Assembly (NCBI GenBank): GCA_951406725.2
Contig: OX597831.1
Location: 74,400,001 to 74,464,000 of the forward strand
Length of the DNA stretch: 64,000 nt
Direction of reading: 5' to 3'
From: Octopus vulgaris
Taxonomy: Eukaryota
The translations under genes and the position numbers were made by a program. Positions within the stretch are counted from its first letter, which is position 1, and each line of letters begins with the position of its first letter. The notes under the pieces were generated by a model that saw nothing but the letters and a program-made list of their open reading frames with translations, did no database searches and was not told the origin of the DNA. This document shows positions 1-14,466 of this stretch, piece by piece.

Positions 1-63
1 AACAAATCTGTCTGCATTTATAGACAGCGTGTGCATACATACATACATACATACATACATACA

Positions 64-94
<31 letters not shown>

Positions 95-142
95 GTATAT
101 GCATATAAGTGAACATAAACATATATATATATATATTATATA

Positions 143-178
<36 letters not shown>

Positions 179-326
179 TGTATGTATGTATGTATGTATG
201 TATGTATGTATGTATGCATGCTTGCATGAATGTTTAAATATAGAAACATATACACATGCCTATATATCCATAAAAATATTTGCTATAACGAAAACTGTTG
301 AAAATTTTTAAAGAATATATCTTATG

Positions 327-880
327 TACGAAGTGCATTCCAGAAGCTTTTGAGACTTTGTAAGGCGAAGTCTTTATAACTGTCTTAGATTATTCTAATT
401 TCAGTAGATCATTATTATACATCCAATAAGCTGACCTGCCAACTTTTGTTTTCCTAGTTTAACGGAGCATTTTCAACTCATCCGACTAAACATTGCTGGT
501 CACAGCTGACTGTATGCTCCCTATTTGGATTTTCGCTATGCAATAAAGTTTTGTGTTAAACTGGGCAAAAAATGCTACAGAAATTTATGAAATGCTCCAG
601 ATTGGACGTGGATTAACTTGTAATGAGCTGAGTATGTCTTTCGTGGGCACAAGAGGCCCGGTTACTCAAGTCTACTGAGAAGCTCACGATGATCTCCTTT
701 TTTCAACAGCAAGCGCATTATCTGCATCTACTGGGTGCCTTCTATCCAAACGATCGACAGAAGGTACTTTGTAGGATTTGAGGGAGTTCAGGAAGAGATT
801 TCGTTGCAAAAGGTCAGAACCCTTCCACTCAGATCGGTAGCACCTGCACCAGGACACCATTCAATCCTGGTAACCAGTTG
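327..880 (+). mobile_element. Degenerate mariner transposase fragment
   Basis: Frameshifted AIKFCVKLGK/NATEIYEMLQ (HTH region) and YWVP..QTI..LREFRKRF..HLHQD remnants. Confidence 0.75.
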
Positions 881-917
881 TCCCTCACCCTCTATGCAGT
901 TCACACCATGCTATATC

Positions 918-1610
918 TATCAGGTCATACCATAAGTTCTGTCCGAAAATTTTGAATGAAGAAAACAAGTGATCAAATGTTATATTTAATTGAAATTTAA
1001 TCATCAATGTACTTTCCCTGATTATCTATGACTTCCTTCCATCAATGTAAAACTCTTTTGGTTTCAAAGCCAGGAAATGTTAGAAAAGCCAGGAAATTTG
1101 CGAAAGTTATGCCCCCCACCAAATGATTCTGTAAGCTACGAAAAAAATGGTAGTCTGAAGGAGCAAGATTCGGGAGAATAAGGTGGATGAGGAATTTTTT
1201 CCCAATCAAGCTCTTCGATCTACTGTGATGTAATCTTTGCAGTGTGGGGTCGTGCATTGTACTGATGAAACATCACTCCTTTTCGATTCACTAAAGTGGG
1301 TCTTTCTTTCTTCAAAGCTTGGTTCAAACGCTCTAATTGCTGACAGTAGACTTGAGCATTAGGTGGTAACAATTCAAAGTGAATTACCCTTTAGCAATCC
1401 CACCAGGTAGAGAGAACCTTTTTCCCATGAAGTTCCCTTCTTGGTTGTTGTCGAGCTGTTTCCCTTTTACCAAGCCACTGTTTACGACGTTTAACATTTC
1501 GATAGAAGATCCATTTTTCGTCACCAGTCACAAGTCTATCCAAAAAGGGTGAAATGAGTTCGCAAGAAAGGAGAGAAGAGCAGTTGTTAACTCTTTTCTG
1601 CTACCATAAA
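918..1610 (-). mobile_element. Degenerate mariner (DD34D) transposase fragment with terminal repeat
   Basis: LVTGDEKWIFY, FHQYNARPH and PNLAPSDYHFFRSLQNHL motifs across frameshifts; TA plus TCAGGTCATACCATAAGTTC terminus at 918. Confidence 0.85.
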
Positions 1611-2454
1611 TATCTCCCACGCAGCAACACACTTTAATCCTAACACTCTGAAATTTATATTTGAAACGCTGCACGGAAGATGAGAAATAAGTAAGTAAAT
1701 ATAACTTTACTTTAATCCCGAAATGCGTATGTTGCTAATCTGAGTCGTGTGGATTCGTTATTTTTTCTCTTTGCCTACGTAAAGAAAGTGTATTACTGTC
1801 TGGGAGACATTTATGGTAGCGGAAAAGGTATTTTAACCCCTATTTCAAAATTCGATGTCTGTCGAAGCAATTAGCTGACCCCTGATTATAATTATAGAAT
1901 ATTTGTATAATTTTACCTAAAAAGGTTATTTTATCGTACCGAACTACTTGGTAAAATTATCAATTATTAATTAGTTAATTAATTTTACCCTTTTATTATT
2001 ATTGAAATATATATATATATATATACATACATATTATGCATATACATATAGTGTACTCTACCGTGAAGATATGGTTAAAAAAGCACTCCATCTGGTGATA
2101 GATAAATACTTTTTACTGTACACAGCGTATAGTTATGGACTACTAATAGTTTGATACACTGAGGATCTTATATTTCCAGGTTTTAAAACTCGCCAAATGT
2201 CTCCAAGTAATCTTTAGGCTCTGAACACAAGGCCTATACAAGTCAAAGATTGGGAAATGGAACAAAAGAAAAAACAAGAAAAAACAAAACAAGATGGTGT
2301 GTTCAAAAGGTAGAATGGTGAAGAAAAAACGGAAAGGGAAAATAAAGGAAAAAAGAATTACAGTTATGTCCCCTTTAAACGTAGAGCCGTGGAATCAACG
2401 GAAGGGGTCTAATGTCTACGATACAGCTGCTCAATCCGGAGAGGATGGTATTTT

Positions 2455-2990
2455 ACGAATCGCCAAAAGAAATTTGTCCAAATGTTTGCATTTGCTGAAC
2501 ATTTCTGATCAGGTATTCAGCAGTGAGGTGAAATTCTTAGAACTAAAAATGATATGTTATCTTTCGGCTACGCATAACTTACATTTTTGCTTTATCCATT
2601 AACACATGCAAGGATTTTTCTACGATTTTCCGCTTGATTATATTAGGTGTGGGGTTCAAACCCTATACATGGTTAGCGAACTTAGTTGTTTTACTTTTGT
2701 TCATGTGCCGGAAAGAAGACAGGTGGTTAGCATAGCGACTTTTGAAATCGCCTTCACATAGCCCGATGTAATTCTTCTTCTCGGTTAGGTTATTATACAG
2801 CTGTAACTTTTGCCTCATACAAGGCGGAGTTTATCATGCACCTCTGGTCGAGTGGACAAGCTCTAGGGTCTCGTCAGTTACAGCTGGGAGTGGGCTGTTG
2901 GTGGTGCTGGTGATGTTCTTCATATCGGGGCATAATTGAGCGTCTGTTAAAGACCATTCTGTAATTGTGATTTTTTTGAGAAATGCTTAT
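2455..2990 (-). mobile_element. Penelope-like element, GIY-YIG endonuclease remnant
   Basis: Minus strand gives SCN*RDPRACPLDQRC..LYEAKV, YIGLCEGDFKSRYANHLSSF and KCKLCVAE..LLN..SEMFSKCKH, with stops and frameshifts. Confidence 0.8.
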
Positions 2991-3405
2991 CTAAAAGAAA
3001 CACGAATCTTTTGCCTATGTTCGTTTTAACATTTAGGGAAAAGGGTTGGACGAACCGAATTATTTTCCTAGATCTATTCTTCGGTTTATTTCTATAAATC
3101 GTACTATTACTAGAAAGATAATAAGTCGATTAATAAAAAAATATTTTGAGACGTTAACGTGTTTTAACACAACCAACACATATGATTAGTTCATAATGGT
3201 CAAATGTTTGTAATGTACATTAGCTCACTCCCTCCATCAAATCCAGGTACACGATGTAGCACCATGTCAAGTGTTGAAGTGATCGCAGATTGAGATGAAG
3301 TGGTTTGTTCAAGAATGCAACAGGAATTGGAACCACGATCTCCCGATCATGAGTGCAGCATCATAATCATCGCCACGGCACACACACACCACACACACAC
3401 ACACC

Positions 3406-3467
<62 letters not shown>

Positions 3468-3476
3468 CATATATAC

Positions 3477-3508
<32 letters not shown>

Positions 3509-3602
3509 CAGAAATATATACATATATATAGGTATATACACATATACAAATACACACGTTCACACTCACACACACACACACACATACTCATATGCACACA
3601 CG

Positions 3603-3650
<48 letters not shown>

Positions 3651-3687
3651 GTATGTATATGTATATATATATATGTATATGTATATA

Positions 3688-3754
<67 letters not shown>

Positions 3755-4292
3755 ATGTATGTATATATGTATGAATATATGCATGTGTCTATAAGCATCA
3801 GTGTGTATGAGCTGTGAAGCTGGAGACGACGTTCTCTTCCAGTATCTTGTTTGTTGGTTGGGCGGGAAATTACAAATTCACAACTGTGGCTTCTACTATT
3901 TTCCCATTTCTCCAAAGGCTACGGTCTTTGATCTGATACAGGATGATGGCATTATCAAAAACTAATTTCCGATGTAGTGTTTGGGCGGATCAGAGCTGTT
4001 GTGATCATAAAACTCTCTCTCTCATTCCATCTCTCATTCTCTCATTCTCTCCTCTTCTCCCTGCACTGTCAGACGCCAAATGAAAGCTCGTACATGTTTC
4101 TGCAATACAAAATACTATTTTAGTTAAGTCAAATCTTTCATGTGGCACACGAATTTATGAGATCTCATTGGTTATTTACCGAAGAAAGTACTACGATACG
4201 AAGTCATCGGAAGTCGAGAATATTGGTTTCAATTAACTGATGCACTATATGCCTGTAAATACATCCCCTCTACCTACCTGACTCTCTGTCTG

Positions 4293-4293
<1 letters not shown>

Positions 4294-4367
<74 letters not shown>

Positions 4368-4525
4368 GTGTCTATCCATGTATGTATGTATGTATGTATG
4401 TATGTATGTATGTATGTATGTATGTATGTATCTATCTATCTATCTATTTACCTGTTTGTTTGTCTGTCTGTCTGTCTCTGTCTATTTATCTATCTACCTA
4501 CCTACCTACCTACCTACCTACCTAC

Positions 4526-4570
<45 letters not shown>

Positions 4571-4843
4571 CTTCAATCTATCTATCTATCTATATATCTA
4601 TCTATCTATCTATCTATCCTTCAATCTATCTATCTATCTATATATCTATCTATCTATCTATCTATCCATGTATGTATGTATGTATGTATGTATGTATGTA
4701 TCTATCTATCTATCCATGTATGTATGTATGTATGTATGTATGTATGTATGTATCTATCTATCTATCTATCTATCCATGTATGTATGTATGTATGTATGTA
4801 TGTATGTATGTATGTATGTATGTATGTATGTATCTATCTATCT
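4294..4843. repeat. Compound (TATC)n/(TATG)n/(TACC)n microsatellite
   Basis: Directly visible tetranucleotide arrays. Confidence 0.95.
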
Positions 4844-5236
4844 ATGGGTGAATGTAGCAAAGATGGGTGAATGTAGCAAGGATGGCACGTATGAATGACG
4901 AAGCCACCTTGACTATGATTCTATGAACCGTAAAAATTAATACAGAGAGTTGCTTATTTGCAAAAAAAAAAGAAATATAACATGTGACTTAATTGACCGA
5001 GGTTACCGTGGTCTTTTCCGTAGGCTTTTCCTTCCACGGGTAAACCTCACCTGTCCTCCCCTTTACACTTCATATTGACATTTCTGTGATTACGATCCCT
5101 ATTGATAAACTTTTTTTCCTCTCCCCTTTTCTTTTTTTTTTCCCTCCCCCCCCCCCCTTTTTTTACCCCCAAAAGAAAAGCTCTACCTTGTAATTTGTTC
5201 TGTCTGTGTGCAGCCCTGTGTGGCTAATAAAGAAAC
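4844..5236 (+). mobile_element. 3' fragment of a Tx1/L1-like LINE
   Basis: Short ORF end RWVNVARMARMNDEATLTMIL*, pyrimidine-rich 3' UTR and terminal AATAAAGAAA. Sits in a TATC/TATG array. Clade assignment is inference. Confidence 0.5.
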
Positions 5237-5765
5237 GTATCTATGCAGATCTCTGTCTCTCCCTCTTTCTACAGACACACACGCACACACACACTGACGC
5301 ACACGCACACACTGATGTACGCGGACAGACACAGACACACACACTTACACACACACACCTCGTTGGGATTTACAAGTATGTAGAATACGCACGTATCAGA
5401 TTATATTTTTACATTGTATTTCTGGTGAACAGGAGGGTTCATTTGCATGTATATGTAGGTACAGAAACTTAAACGCACATAAGATATTTCGTGTGTGCGC
5501 GCGCGTATTTGTGGGGGGGTGAACAATATCTATTGTACAAAAAACACAGGGTAAATCAGAAAAAAGAGGAACTAATTTAAACATTAAAAATCCTCACTTT
5601 GGGTTAAATAAGAATGTAGATACGTTGTCATTGTCTGCTATGCTATTGATATGGGAAAAAGGGGGAAATCTCGTTTAACAGTCTGTTTACCGCTTCTCAG
5701 AAAGAAACTGTCCTCGGATTCCTTCACCAATCAATAGCATAGATCAGATGATATATAAATAAATA

Positions 5766-5817
<52 letters not shown>

Positions 5818-5913
5818 TAATCCAAACAAGAAAGCACAAAAAAACACAACAACGCGAGGACGTGGAACAAATATAGTATTACTGGACGCTCGGGAAAGAA
5901 GGAAAGAAGGAGG

Positions 5914-5948
5914 GTTTAACGTTTCGAGCGGAGCTCTTCGTCGGAAAC
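5914..5948 (-). ncRNA. Minimal hammerhead-ribozyme-like motif (U4C core variant)
   Basis: Minus strand GTTT-CCGACGA-A-GAGC(TCC)GCTC-GAAA-CGTT-AAAC, within a ~210-bp element (5813-6022) flanked by (TA)n. Confidence 0.55.
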
Positions 5949-6375
5949 ATAGGAGAAGGAAAGATCCAGAGAAGGGAAGACAGAGGGAAAAAAATCACCA
6001 ACGGTACACACGATGTCACATTTATATATATAGTCATAAATTAGGCTAACACCGTAGTGGAAAGTCTACTTTGCATTTTTGTGCTTTTGACTATGCAAAC
6101 ACTGCGAATTTGATGCTGCTAATGTTTCGTTGAAACTGTTGCGAGCGAAAACCTGTAAGAACGACATGAACGGAGAAGAGATCCAAGAGAGAGACGGGAC
6201 TTTCGAAGGAAAGATTGGAGCACAGAAGGGCTGAGTGAGAATAGGTCAGAAAGAGCTGCTCTGTCGATACACGCCATGATGATGCAATTAGATCGAACAG
6301 ATGCGAAACGTTTGCAACACTTAGATAGAAAGTTTTGAAAGTCTTATATGCGTGGTAAGACGTTTACTTGATGCA

Positions 6376-6790
6376 GGCATGGGTATATGGTAAGAGGTTT
6401 TCTCCTCCACGACGTGCGTGGCACCTTGGGCAAGTGTCTTCTACTAAAGCCTAGGGTCGACCAAGGCCTTGTGAGTGGATTTGGTAGAGGGAAACTGAAA
6501 GAAGCCCGTCGTATATATGCATGTCGTATATATGTGTTTGTGTGTGTGCGCGTGTATCTATATATGTGTGTGTATGTCATTGTGTCTATGCTTGTCCCCC
6601 ACCACCGCTTTACGACCGGTGTTGGTGTGTTTACGTCCCCATAGACTAGCAATTCGTCAAAACAGAGGCCGATAGAATAAGTGCAACACTTTAAAAAAAT
6701 ATAAGTACTGCAGTCGATTTGTTCGACTAAAACCTTTGAAGGCATTGCTCAAGCATGGCCGCAGTCCAGCGACCGAAACAAGTAGAAGAT
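6376..6790 (+). mobile_element. tRNA/CORE-like SINE family A (diverged)
   Basis: CACCTTGGGCAAGTGTCTT core, internal TA/TG tract and GAAACAAGTA tail, shared with more than 10 copies in the window. Confidence 0.85.
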
Positions 6791-6836
6791 GAAACAAGAA
6801 GATGTAGGTGTGTGTGGCTATATTTCTATATATAGA

Positions 6837-7068
6837 AGGTGGCGAGCTGGCAGAGTGGTTAGCACGCCGGGCGAAATGCGTAGCCGTATTTCGTCTGCCG
6901 TTACGTTCTGAGTTCAAATTCCGCCGAGGTTGACTTCGCCTTTCATCCTTTCGGGGTCGATAAATTAAGTACCAGTTACGCACTGGGGTCGATGCAATCG
7001 ACTTAATCCCTTTGTCTGTCCTTGTTTGTCCTCTCTGTGTTTAGCCCCTAGTGGGCAATAAAGAAATA
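6837..7068 (+). mobile_element. SINE family B
   Basis: GGCGAGCTGGCAG head, GAGTTCAAATTCC B-box, GCCTTTCATCCTTTCGGGGTCGATAAA body and AATAAAGAAATA tail. Confidence 0.9.
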
Positions 7069-7105
7069 TATATTTCTATATATTTATTTACTACACAGAT
7101 ATAGA

Positions 7106-7151
<46 letters not shown>

Positions 7152-7327
7152 CACAAATATACAAACGCACGCGCGCTCACACACACACACTTACACATCA
7201 AAAGAAATGCCGCGTTCCAAAGCTTTTTGAACTGTTTCTGTCGCTGTGCCAGTAACACACAAAATATTGATGTACAACGGCAAAAAATTCACCGACAGTG
7301 GAGATGATATATTGTATAACCTACATT

Positions 7328-7436
7328 ATCCTCCTCCTCCTCATCATCATCATCATCATCCTCTTCCTCATCATCATCATCCTCCTCCTCATCATCATCA
7401 TCATCCTCATCATCATCATCATCATCATCCTCATCC

Positions 7437-7476
<40 letters not shown>

Positions 7477-7649
7477 CATCATCATCATCCTCATCATCAT
7501 CCTCCTCATCATCATCATCCTCATCATCATCCTCCTCATCATCATCATCCTCCTCCTCATCCTCATCATCATCCTCATCATCATCATCCTCCTCCTCATC
7601 ATCATCCTCCTCCTCATCATCATCATCCTCATCATCATCATCGTCAACT

Positions 7650-7680
<31 letters not shown>
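7328..7680. repeat. (CAT/CCT)n trinucleotide repeat
   Basis: Directly visible; generates the spurious poly-His/Pro and poly-Asp/Glu ORFs. Confidence 0.95.
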
Positions 7681-7810
7681 GCACTGAGAATGACGTAGGA
7701 GGGAGAAATACATCAGCGAAATCAGTGGAATTGCGCGAACGCACAAACGTTTATATGTATGACATGCAGGCGGCATGTATACGTCTATATACATGTGTGT
7801 GTGTATGTGT

Positions 7811-7872
<62 letters not shown>

Positions 7873-8019
7873 GTAATGTAATGTAAATGTAACAGTTCTG
7901 CCTTCTATGCTTTTAGGTTCGAGGAAATAAGTACCAGTTACGTACTGGGTTCGATATAATTCACTGGGTCTCCTCCCGCAAGATTTCAGGGCTTTTACCC
8001 TATAGAGGAAAGGTTAATT

Positions 8020-8447
<428 letters not shown>

Positions 8448-8907
8448 GTTAGTAAATCGGTTGATTGGTTGAGACGGTGTAGTTTAGCTAATTCTCTTCG
8501 CATCCTTGGTTCAAATCTGGCCGATATGGCCTCTACTTTTCTTCATTCTCGAATCAATATAAACAAAACAACCAGGCCGAAGACTCTCTCTCTCTCTCTC
8601 TCTCTCTCGGTTTGGTCAGTCGACTCCCAACTCTCCCCCCCCCCCACCAACAAATAAAGTATTCATGGTAAGGGCAAAGAGCAGACTTCCAAAAAAACGA
8701 CAAGCGAGGAAACATTTAATATCGAGTTATGTCCCTTTATCTTTTTATCGCAAATCTTGCCGCACGTGATTCTTCCTTTTCAACCAATCGGAGTCGATAA
8801 TATAAATATACCAGTCAAGACCTCGTGATGGTGGTGGTGGTGGTGACAGGGTTGATTAAACCAGCAATGTAACTCCCCGGCATATCTCTGATCTTGTACC
8901 TATATTG

Positions 8908-9280
8908 GACACGCCGGGCGAAATGCTTAGCGGTATTTCGTCTGCCGTTACGTTCTGAGTTCAAATTCCGCCGAGGTCGACTTTGCCTTTCATCCTTTCA
9001 GGGTCGATAAATTAAGTACCAGTTACGCACTGTGGTCGATGTAATCGACTTAATACCTATGTCTGTCCTTGTTTGTCCCCTCTATGTTTAGCCCCTTGTG
9101 GGTAATAAAGAAATAGGTATTTCTGAGTTCAAATTCCGCCGAGGTCGACTTTGCCTTTCATCCTTTTAGGGTCGATAAATTAAGTACCAGTTACGCACTG
9201 TGGTCGATATAATCGACTTAATCCGTTTGTCTGTCCTTGTTTGTCCCCTGTATGTTTAGCCCCTTGTGGGCAATAAATAA
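8908..9280 (+). mobile_element. SINE family B, head-to-tail double
   Basis: Two body/tail units joined at AAATA|GGTATTT. Confidence 0.88.
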
Positions 9281-9337
<57 letters not shown>

Positions 9338-9351
9338 GTTGTTGTTGTTGT

Positions 9352-9407
<56 letters not shown>

Positions 9408-9726
9408 TTATTATTATTATTATTATTGTGCTTACCAATCTTGTCCCCTCCAAACAAACAAGCGCAGCAAATTACACTTCCGGTGCCTCGTTTTCAATCG
9501 TATTCTCTACGCTACATCCGGTTGAATCAAGGCCAACTAATATTTGGAGTCAGCTTGTCTAAGACTTTCTCAACAAAATACTTTATCCCTCGTGTAATTA
9601 CGAATAAATTTGATGTATATATGTGTATATCATATATGTATGGCATGCGTTCATGTGTGTGTTTATATGTTTATGAATGTATATGTAGCATATATGCATG
9701 TTGTGTTCATATGTCTGTCCATCCGT

Positions 9727-9835
9727 GTATGTATGTATGTATGTATGTATGTATGTATGTATGTATGTATGTATGTATGTATGTATGAATGTATGTATAT
9801 ATGTATATATGTATGTATGTATGTATGTATATATG

Positions 9836-9869
<34 letters not shown>

Positions 9870-9903
9870 TGTATGTATGTATGTATGTATGTATGTATGT
9901 ATG

Positions 9904-9934
<31 letters not shown>

Positions 9935-9953
9935 ATGTATGTATGTATGTATG

Positions 9954-9987
<34 letters not shown>

Positions 9988-10352
9988 TGTATGTATGTAT
10001 GTATGTATGTATGTATGTATGTATGTATGTATGTATGTATGTATGTATGTATATATGTATGTATGTATGTATGTATGCATGTATGTATGAATGTATGTGT
10101 GTATGTATGTATATATGTGTATGCGTGTGTGTGTCTGTGTTCGTGTGTGTGTATACACGTATGTATGTATGTATAAGTGTGTGTATGTATGTATATATAT
10201 ATTTATTTATGTGTATATAAATACATATATACACGTATGTGTGCGTGTGTAAGTGTGCGTGTGTGTGTGTGTGTGCGTGTGTGTGTGTGCGTGCGTGTGT
10301 GTGTGTGTAAGTGTGTGTGTGCGTATGTGTGTGTGTGTGTAAGTGTGTGTAT
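9727..10352. repeat. (TATG)n/(TG)n microsatellite
   Basis: Directly visible. Confidence 0.95.
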
Positions 10353-10917
10353 GTGGGTGTCCAAAGAAGCCCACCATCTCTGTTTCAGACGATTACTCCG
10401 CATGTGTACCCTTAATGTAATTCTCGGGTAGAATCGGCAGAGAGCAGTGTGTGACATGCTGGTCCTTTGATTTGGAGGGGAAATATATTTGATGGGCTTC
10501 CACAGTATTTCCGTTTCCCTAATTTCAATGGGAATAAAATTCGGGGCTGGTGTAAAAGTCACCCAAGTCGTACTGCTTTGGATTTGAACCCGGGACCACG
10601 TGAATTCGAAGCAAGCTTCTTAAACCAATGCAACCACAAATTCATTAAACACACTCAGACAATTATTCATACACACACATAGAAAGACACACACACACAC
10701 ACAAATACACAGATTACTGCATAATTTCTCGGCCAAAAATCGATGATAACAGCCTCAGTGCATCGTGAATATAGATTATTGGAATGAACCAATAGCAGAC
10801 ATTCCTCGTGGAATAGATATCGAATCTCTCGTTCTTCAATACCAAATGCCTTCTTGATGCTGATACGCAGCAAAGGTCTTGGAAAGAGACATCAGTCTAT
10901 TGGTTCACTAAATGTAC

Positions 10918-10951
<34 letters not shown>

Positions 10952-11382
10952 TTGTTGTTGTTGTTGTTGTTGTTGTCGTCGTCGGTGCTGTTGTTGTTGT
11001 TGTCAAGGCGACAAAGAACTGGCAGAATAGTTAACCTACTTAGGTGCATTTCAACTGTTCAAAATTCCGCCGATCTCGACTTTGCCTTTCATCCTCTCGG
11101 AAGGTTCCGGGTTCGATGTTATCGACTTACTACCCGCTCCAGCAGAAATTGCTGACCTTGTGTCATGAATTTGAAATCAATTTTACCATATATATTTCCA
11201 CTATTCGTCCGCGCTTTTAGGCTTTCGAACTTTTAAACATTTCAGGTTTGAATTCGAGGAAAGCCTTTTGCTTCGAAACGTAGGAAATAGAATTAAATAA
11301 TTGATTTATTCAAACAGGTTTGTAAACTTGTTTCGATTATTTTTATGCTCTCTTGAGGTGAGAATTTTGTATACGACATGAA

Positions 11383-11546
11383 GGCGCAGGAGTGGCTGTG
11401 TGGTAAGTAGCTTGCTAACCAACCACATGGTTGCGGGTTCAGTCCCACTGCGTGGCATCTTGGGCAAAGTGTCTTCTGCTATAGCCCCGGGCCGACCAAT
11501 GCCTTGTGAGTGGATTTGGTAGACGGAAACTGAAAGAAGCCTGTCG

Positions 11547-11634
<88 letters not shown>

Positions 11635-11739
11635 GTTCCCACTGCGTGGCATCTTGGGCAAGTGTCTTCTGCTATAGCCCCGGGCCGACCAATGCCTTGT
11701 GAGTGGATTTGGTAGACGGAAACTGAAAGAAGCCTGTCG

Positions 11740-11827
<88 letters not shown>

Positions 11828-12038
11828 TGTGTCTGTGTTTGTCCCCCTAGCATTGCTTGACAACCGATGCTGGTGTGTTTACGTCCCCGTCACTTAGCGG
11901 TTCGGCAAAAGAGACCGATAGAATAAGTACTGGGCTTACAAAGAATAAGTCCCGGGGTCGATTTGCTCGACTAAAGGTGGTGCTCCAGCATGGCCGCTGT
12001 CAAATGACTGAAACAAGTAAAAGAGTAAAAGAGTAAAA
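11383..12038 (+). mobile_element. SINE family A with internal ~195-bp tandem duplication
   Basis: A-box TGGCTGTGTGG and B-box GGTTCAGTCCC; the segment from TCCCACTGCGTGG to the (TG)n tract occurs twice. Confidence 0.92.
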
Positions 12039-13082
12039 AAGTTTAGAATGAAAGAAAGAGGAAAAGAATCGGAGAGTGAATGAAATTTATGAAGAGAAAA
12101 TGGAAGCACAAAATTGAAAAAGACGAAGATAAATTTAGTTGGGCGAAGGGACGAATTAAATATCGTGGACCTATATTTAAGGATGAGTGTATGAGGAATG
12201 TTTGATAGAGATGCGAAGTTTAGAAATTTGTCGAATATTTTGAAAAGAATTATGATGCGAAAATTTTTCGAAAATTTATTTTATTAAAAAATATTGTGTT
12301 GGATTATTGAAAATAGAAGAAGAAGAAGAAGTTAATTCAGAATAGTTTAGAAAGATCAGAGAAGCTACGGTTTTAGAATTCTGTTTAAAATTTGGATTGA
12401 AAATAGATTAAAAAAAATTTTAAATATAACGAAAGTTCAAAAATGACTAAAGTGTGAGAGATAATTCTCTAAAGTCTTGCGTTTCTAGGAGACATGGTGC
12501 TAAATCAGAAACAGAAGACGAAATAAATATCTTCTAGGGCCAATTAACATATTTATATAACAGATAACGAATATTTGAAGACAGAGAATTCGAGGGTATT
12601 CGAGCGTTATCGGGTTTTGTACAACCAAGCAGAAAGCGAAGGTGCTGTTGCGAAGGGAGATAAATCATCACAAATTTCCGGAACAAGACATTTTAATGAA
12701 AGGCGGTTGATTGATGTTTAGACAATAACCACAAATAGCCAGGTGTGTATAACTAATTGCCAGGTGTATATATATCTAATTGCCATGTGTAAGTAACTAA
12801 TTACCAGGTGTATATAACTAATGAATTCAGTTGAGAAATGCTGGAATAAAAGAATTTTGATACGTCGATCCTTAGAGCTAGTCAGGTGTGTCAAAGTGGC
12901 GTAACGCAGGTGATTAAATACGAGAGAAACACAGCAAAACCAAGATATATCGGCAGCTCAGAGTTAGGAAAATACAAACACAGGCAGACAGACCCCCCCT
13001 CTCTCTCTATATATATATATATATATATGTAGGAATTGGTATATATTGTGTATACAAACATACACACATACATACACAATAT

Positions 13083-13592
13083 ATTTCTTTACTACCCACA
13101 AGGGGCTAAACATAGAGGGGACAAACAAGGACAGACAAAGGGATTAAGTCGATTACATCGACCCCAGTGCGTAACTGGTACTTATTTAATCGACCCCGAA
13201 AGGATGAAAGGCAAAAAATTCCGCTGAGTTCGACTTTGCCTTTCATCCTTTCGAGGTCGATTAAATAAGTACCTATTTCTTTACTGCCCACAAGGGGCAC
13301 AGGGGGGACAAACAAGGACAGACAAACGGATTAAGGCGATTATATCGACCCTAGTACTTAACTAGTACTTAATTTATCGACCCCGAAAGGATGAAAAGCA
13401 AAGTCGACCTCGGCGGAATTTGAACTCAGAACGTAACGGCAGACGAAATACGGCTACGCATTTCGCCCGGCGTGCTAACGGGTCTGCCAACTCGCCGCCT
13501 TTAAATAAGTACCAGTTACGCACTGGGGTCGATGTAATCGACTTAATCCGTTTGTCTGTCCTTGTTTGTCCCCTCTGTGTTTAGCCCCTTGT
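13083..13592. mobile_element. Cluster of nested SINE family B pieces in both orientations
   Basis: Minus-strand copies at about 13083-13215 and 13272-13500, interleaved with plus-strand pieces. Confidence 0.85.
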
Positions 13593-13774
13593 GTATGTAT
13601 GTGTGTATGCCGGCTTTTGTTTATATTTGTATGCATGTATGTCTATACGCACGTAGTTGGGTGTCACGTTTTGTCTTCCGTATGTGAGTTTGCGTGTGTG
13701 TAATGTTTATGTGTGCGTGCGCGCTTGTATGTGTGTGTGTGCCCGCGCGCATGCGTACGTGCGTGCGTGCGTGA

Positions 13775-13821
<47 letters not shown>

Positions 13822-14310
13822 TCTGTGTGTGTGTGTATGTGTGTGCGTGTGTGACTTGAATAACGTAGAAAGCTACAAAAACTGGAGCAGAACAATTTGA
13901 AGATCTGAGAAAGCAGCAAAAATTAGACGTAACGGAAAAGGTGGAACCCCCGGGAGACTTGGTTCGAATCTAGCCAGGGTTTAAGGAGATTAGGTTCTGT
14001 ATACGGTGGTGGCATGGCTGGGTTGGCGATGGTGGTGGCACTGGAGAAAGTGTTAGAGAGGGAATATGTATAACAACGTAACGAGTGTGTGTGTGTGCAT
14101 GTGTGTGTGTGTGAGAGAGCATGTGTGTGTGTGAGAGAGAGCATGTGTGTGGGTGTGCGTGCGTGCATACGTTCGTGCTAGAAGACACGGCTTCGTAAAA
14201 AACGTGACAGAGCGAGACAACGCTGAGAAAGAGTGAGACAGAAAACAGACAGACAGACAGACAGACCGGCAAATAAATGGATGGATGAATGGAAAGACAG
14301 TCTGATAAGT

Positions 14311-14466
<156 letters not shown>

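Noticed and set aside
7246-7794. Poly-His/Pro and poly-Asp/Glu ORFs
   Set aside because: They are translations of a (CAT/CCT)n microsatellite that is open in several frames, with no splice or domain support.
11254-11290. Hammerhead-like TCGAGGA..AAGC/GCTT..GAAACGTA
   Set aside because: The core mismatches without compensation and there is no stem I, so it is too degenerate to call.
12040-12720. Possible Penelope N-terminal remnant
   Set aside because: AT-rich, and I could not read any diagnostic motif.
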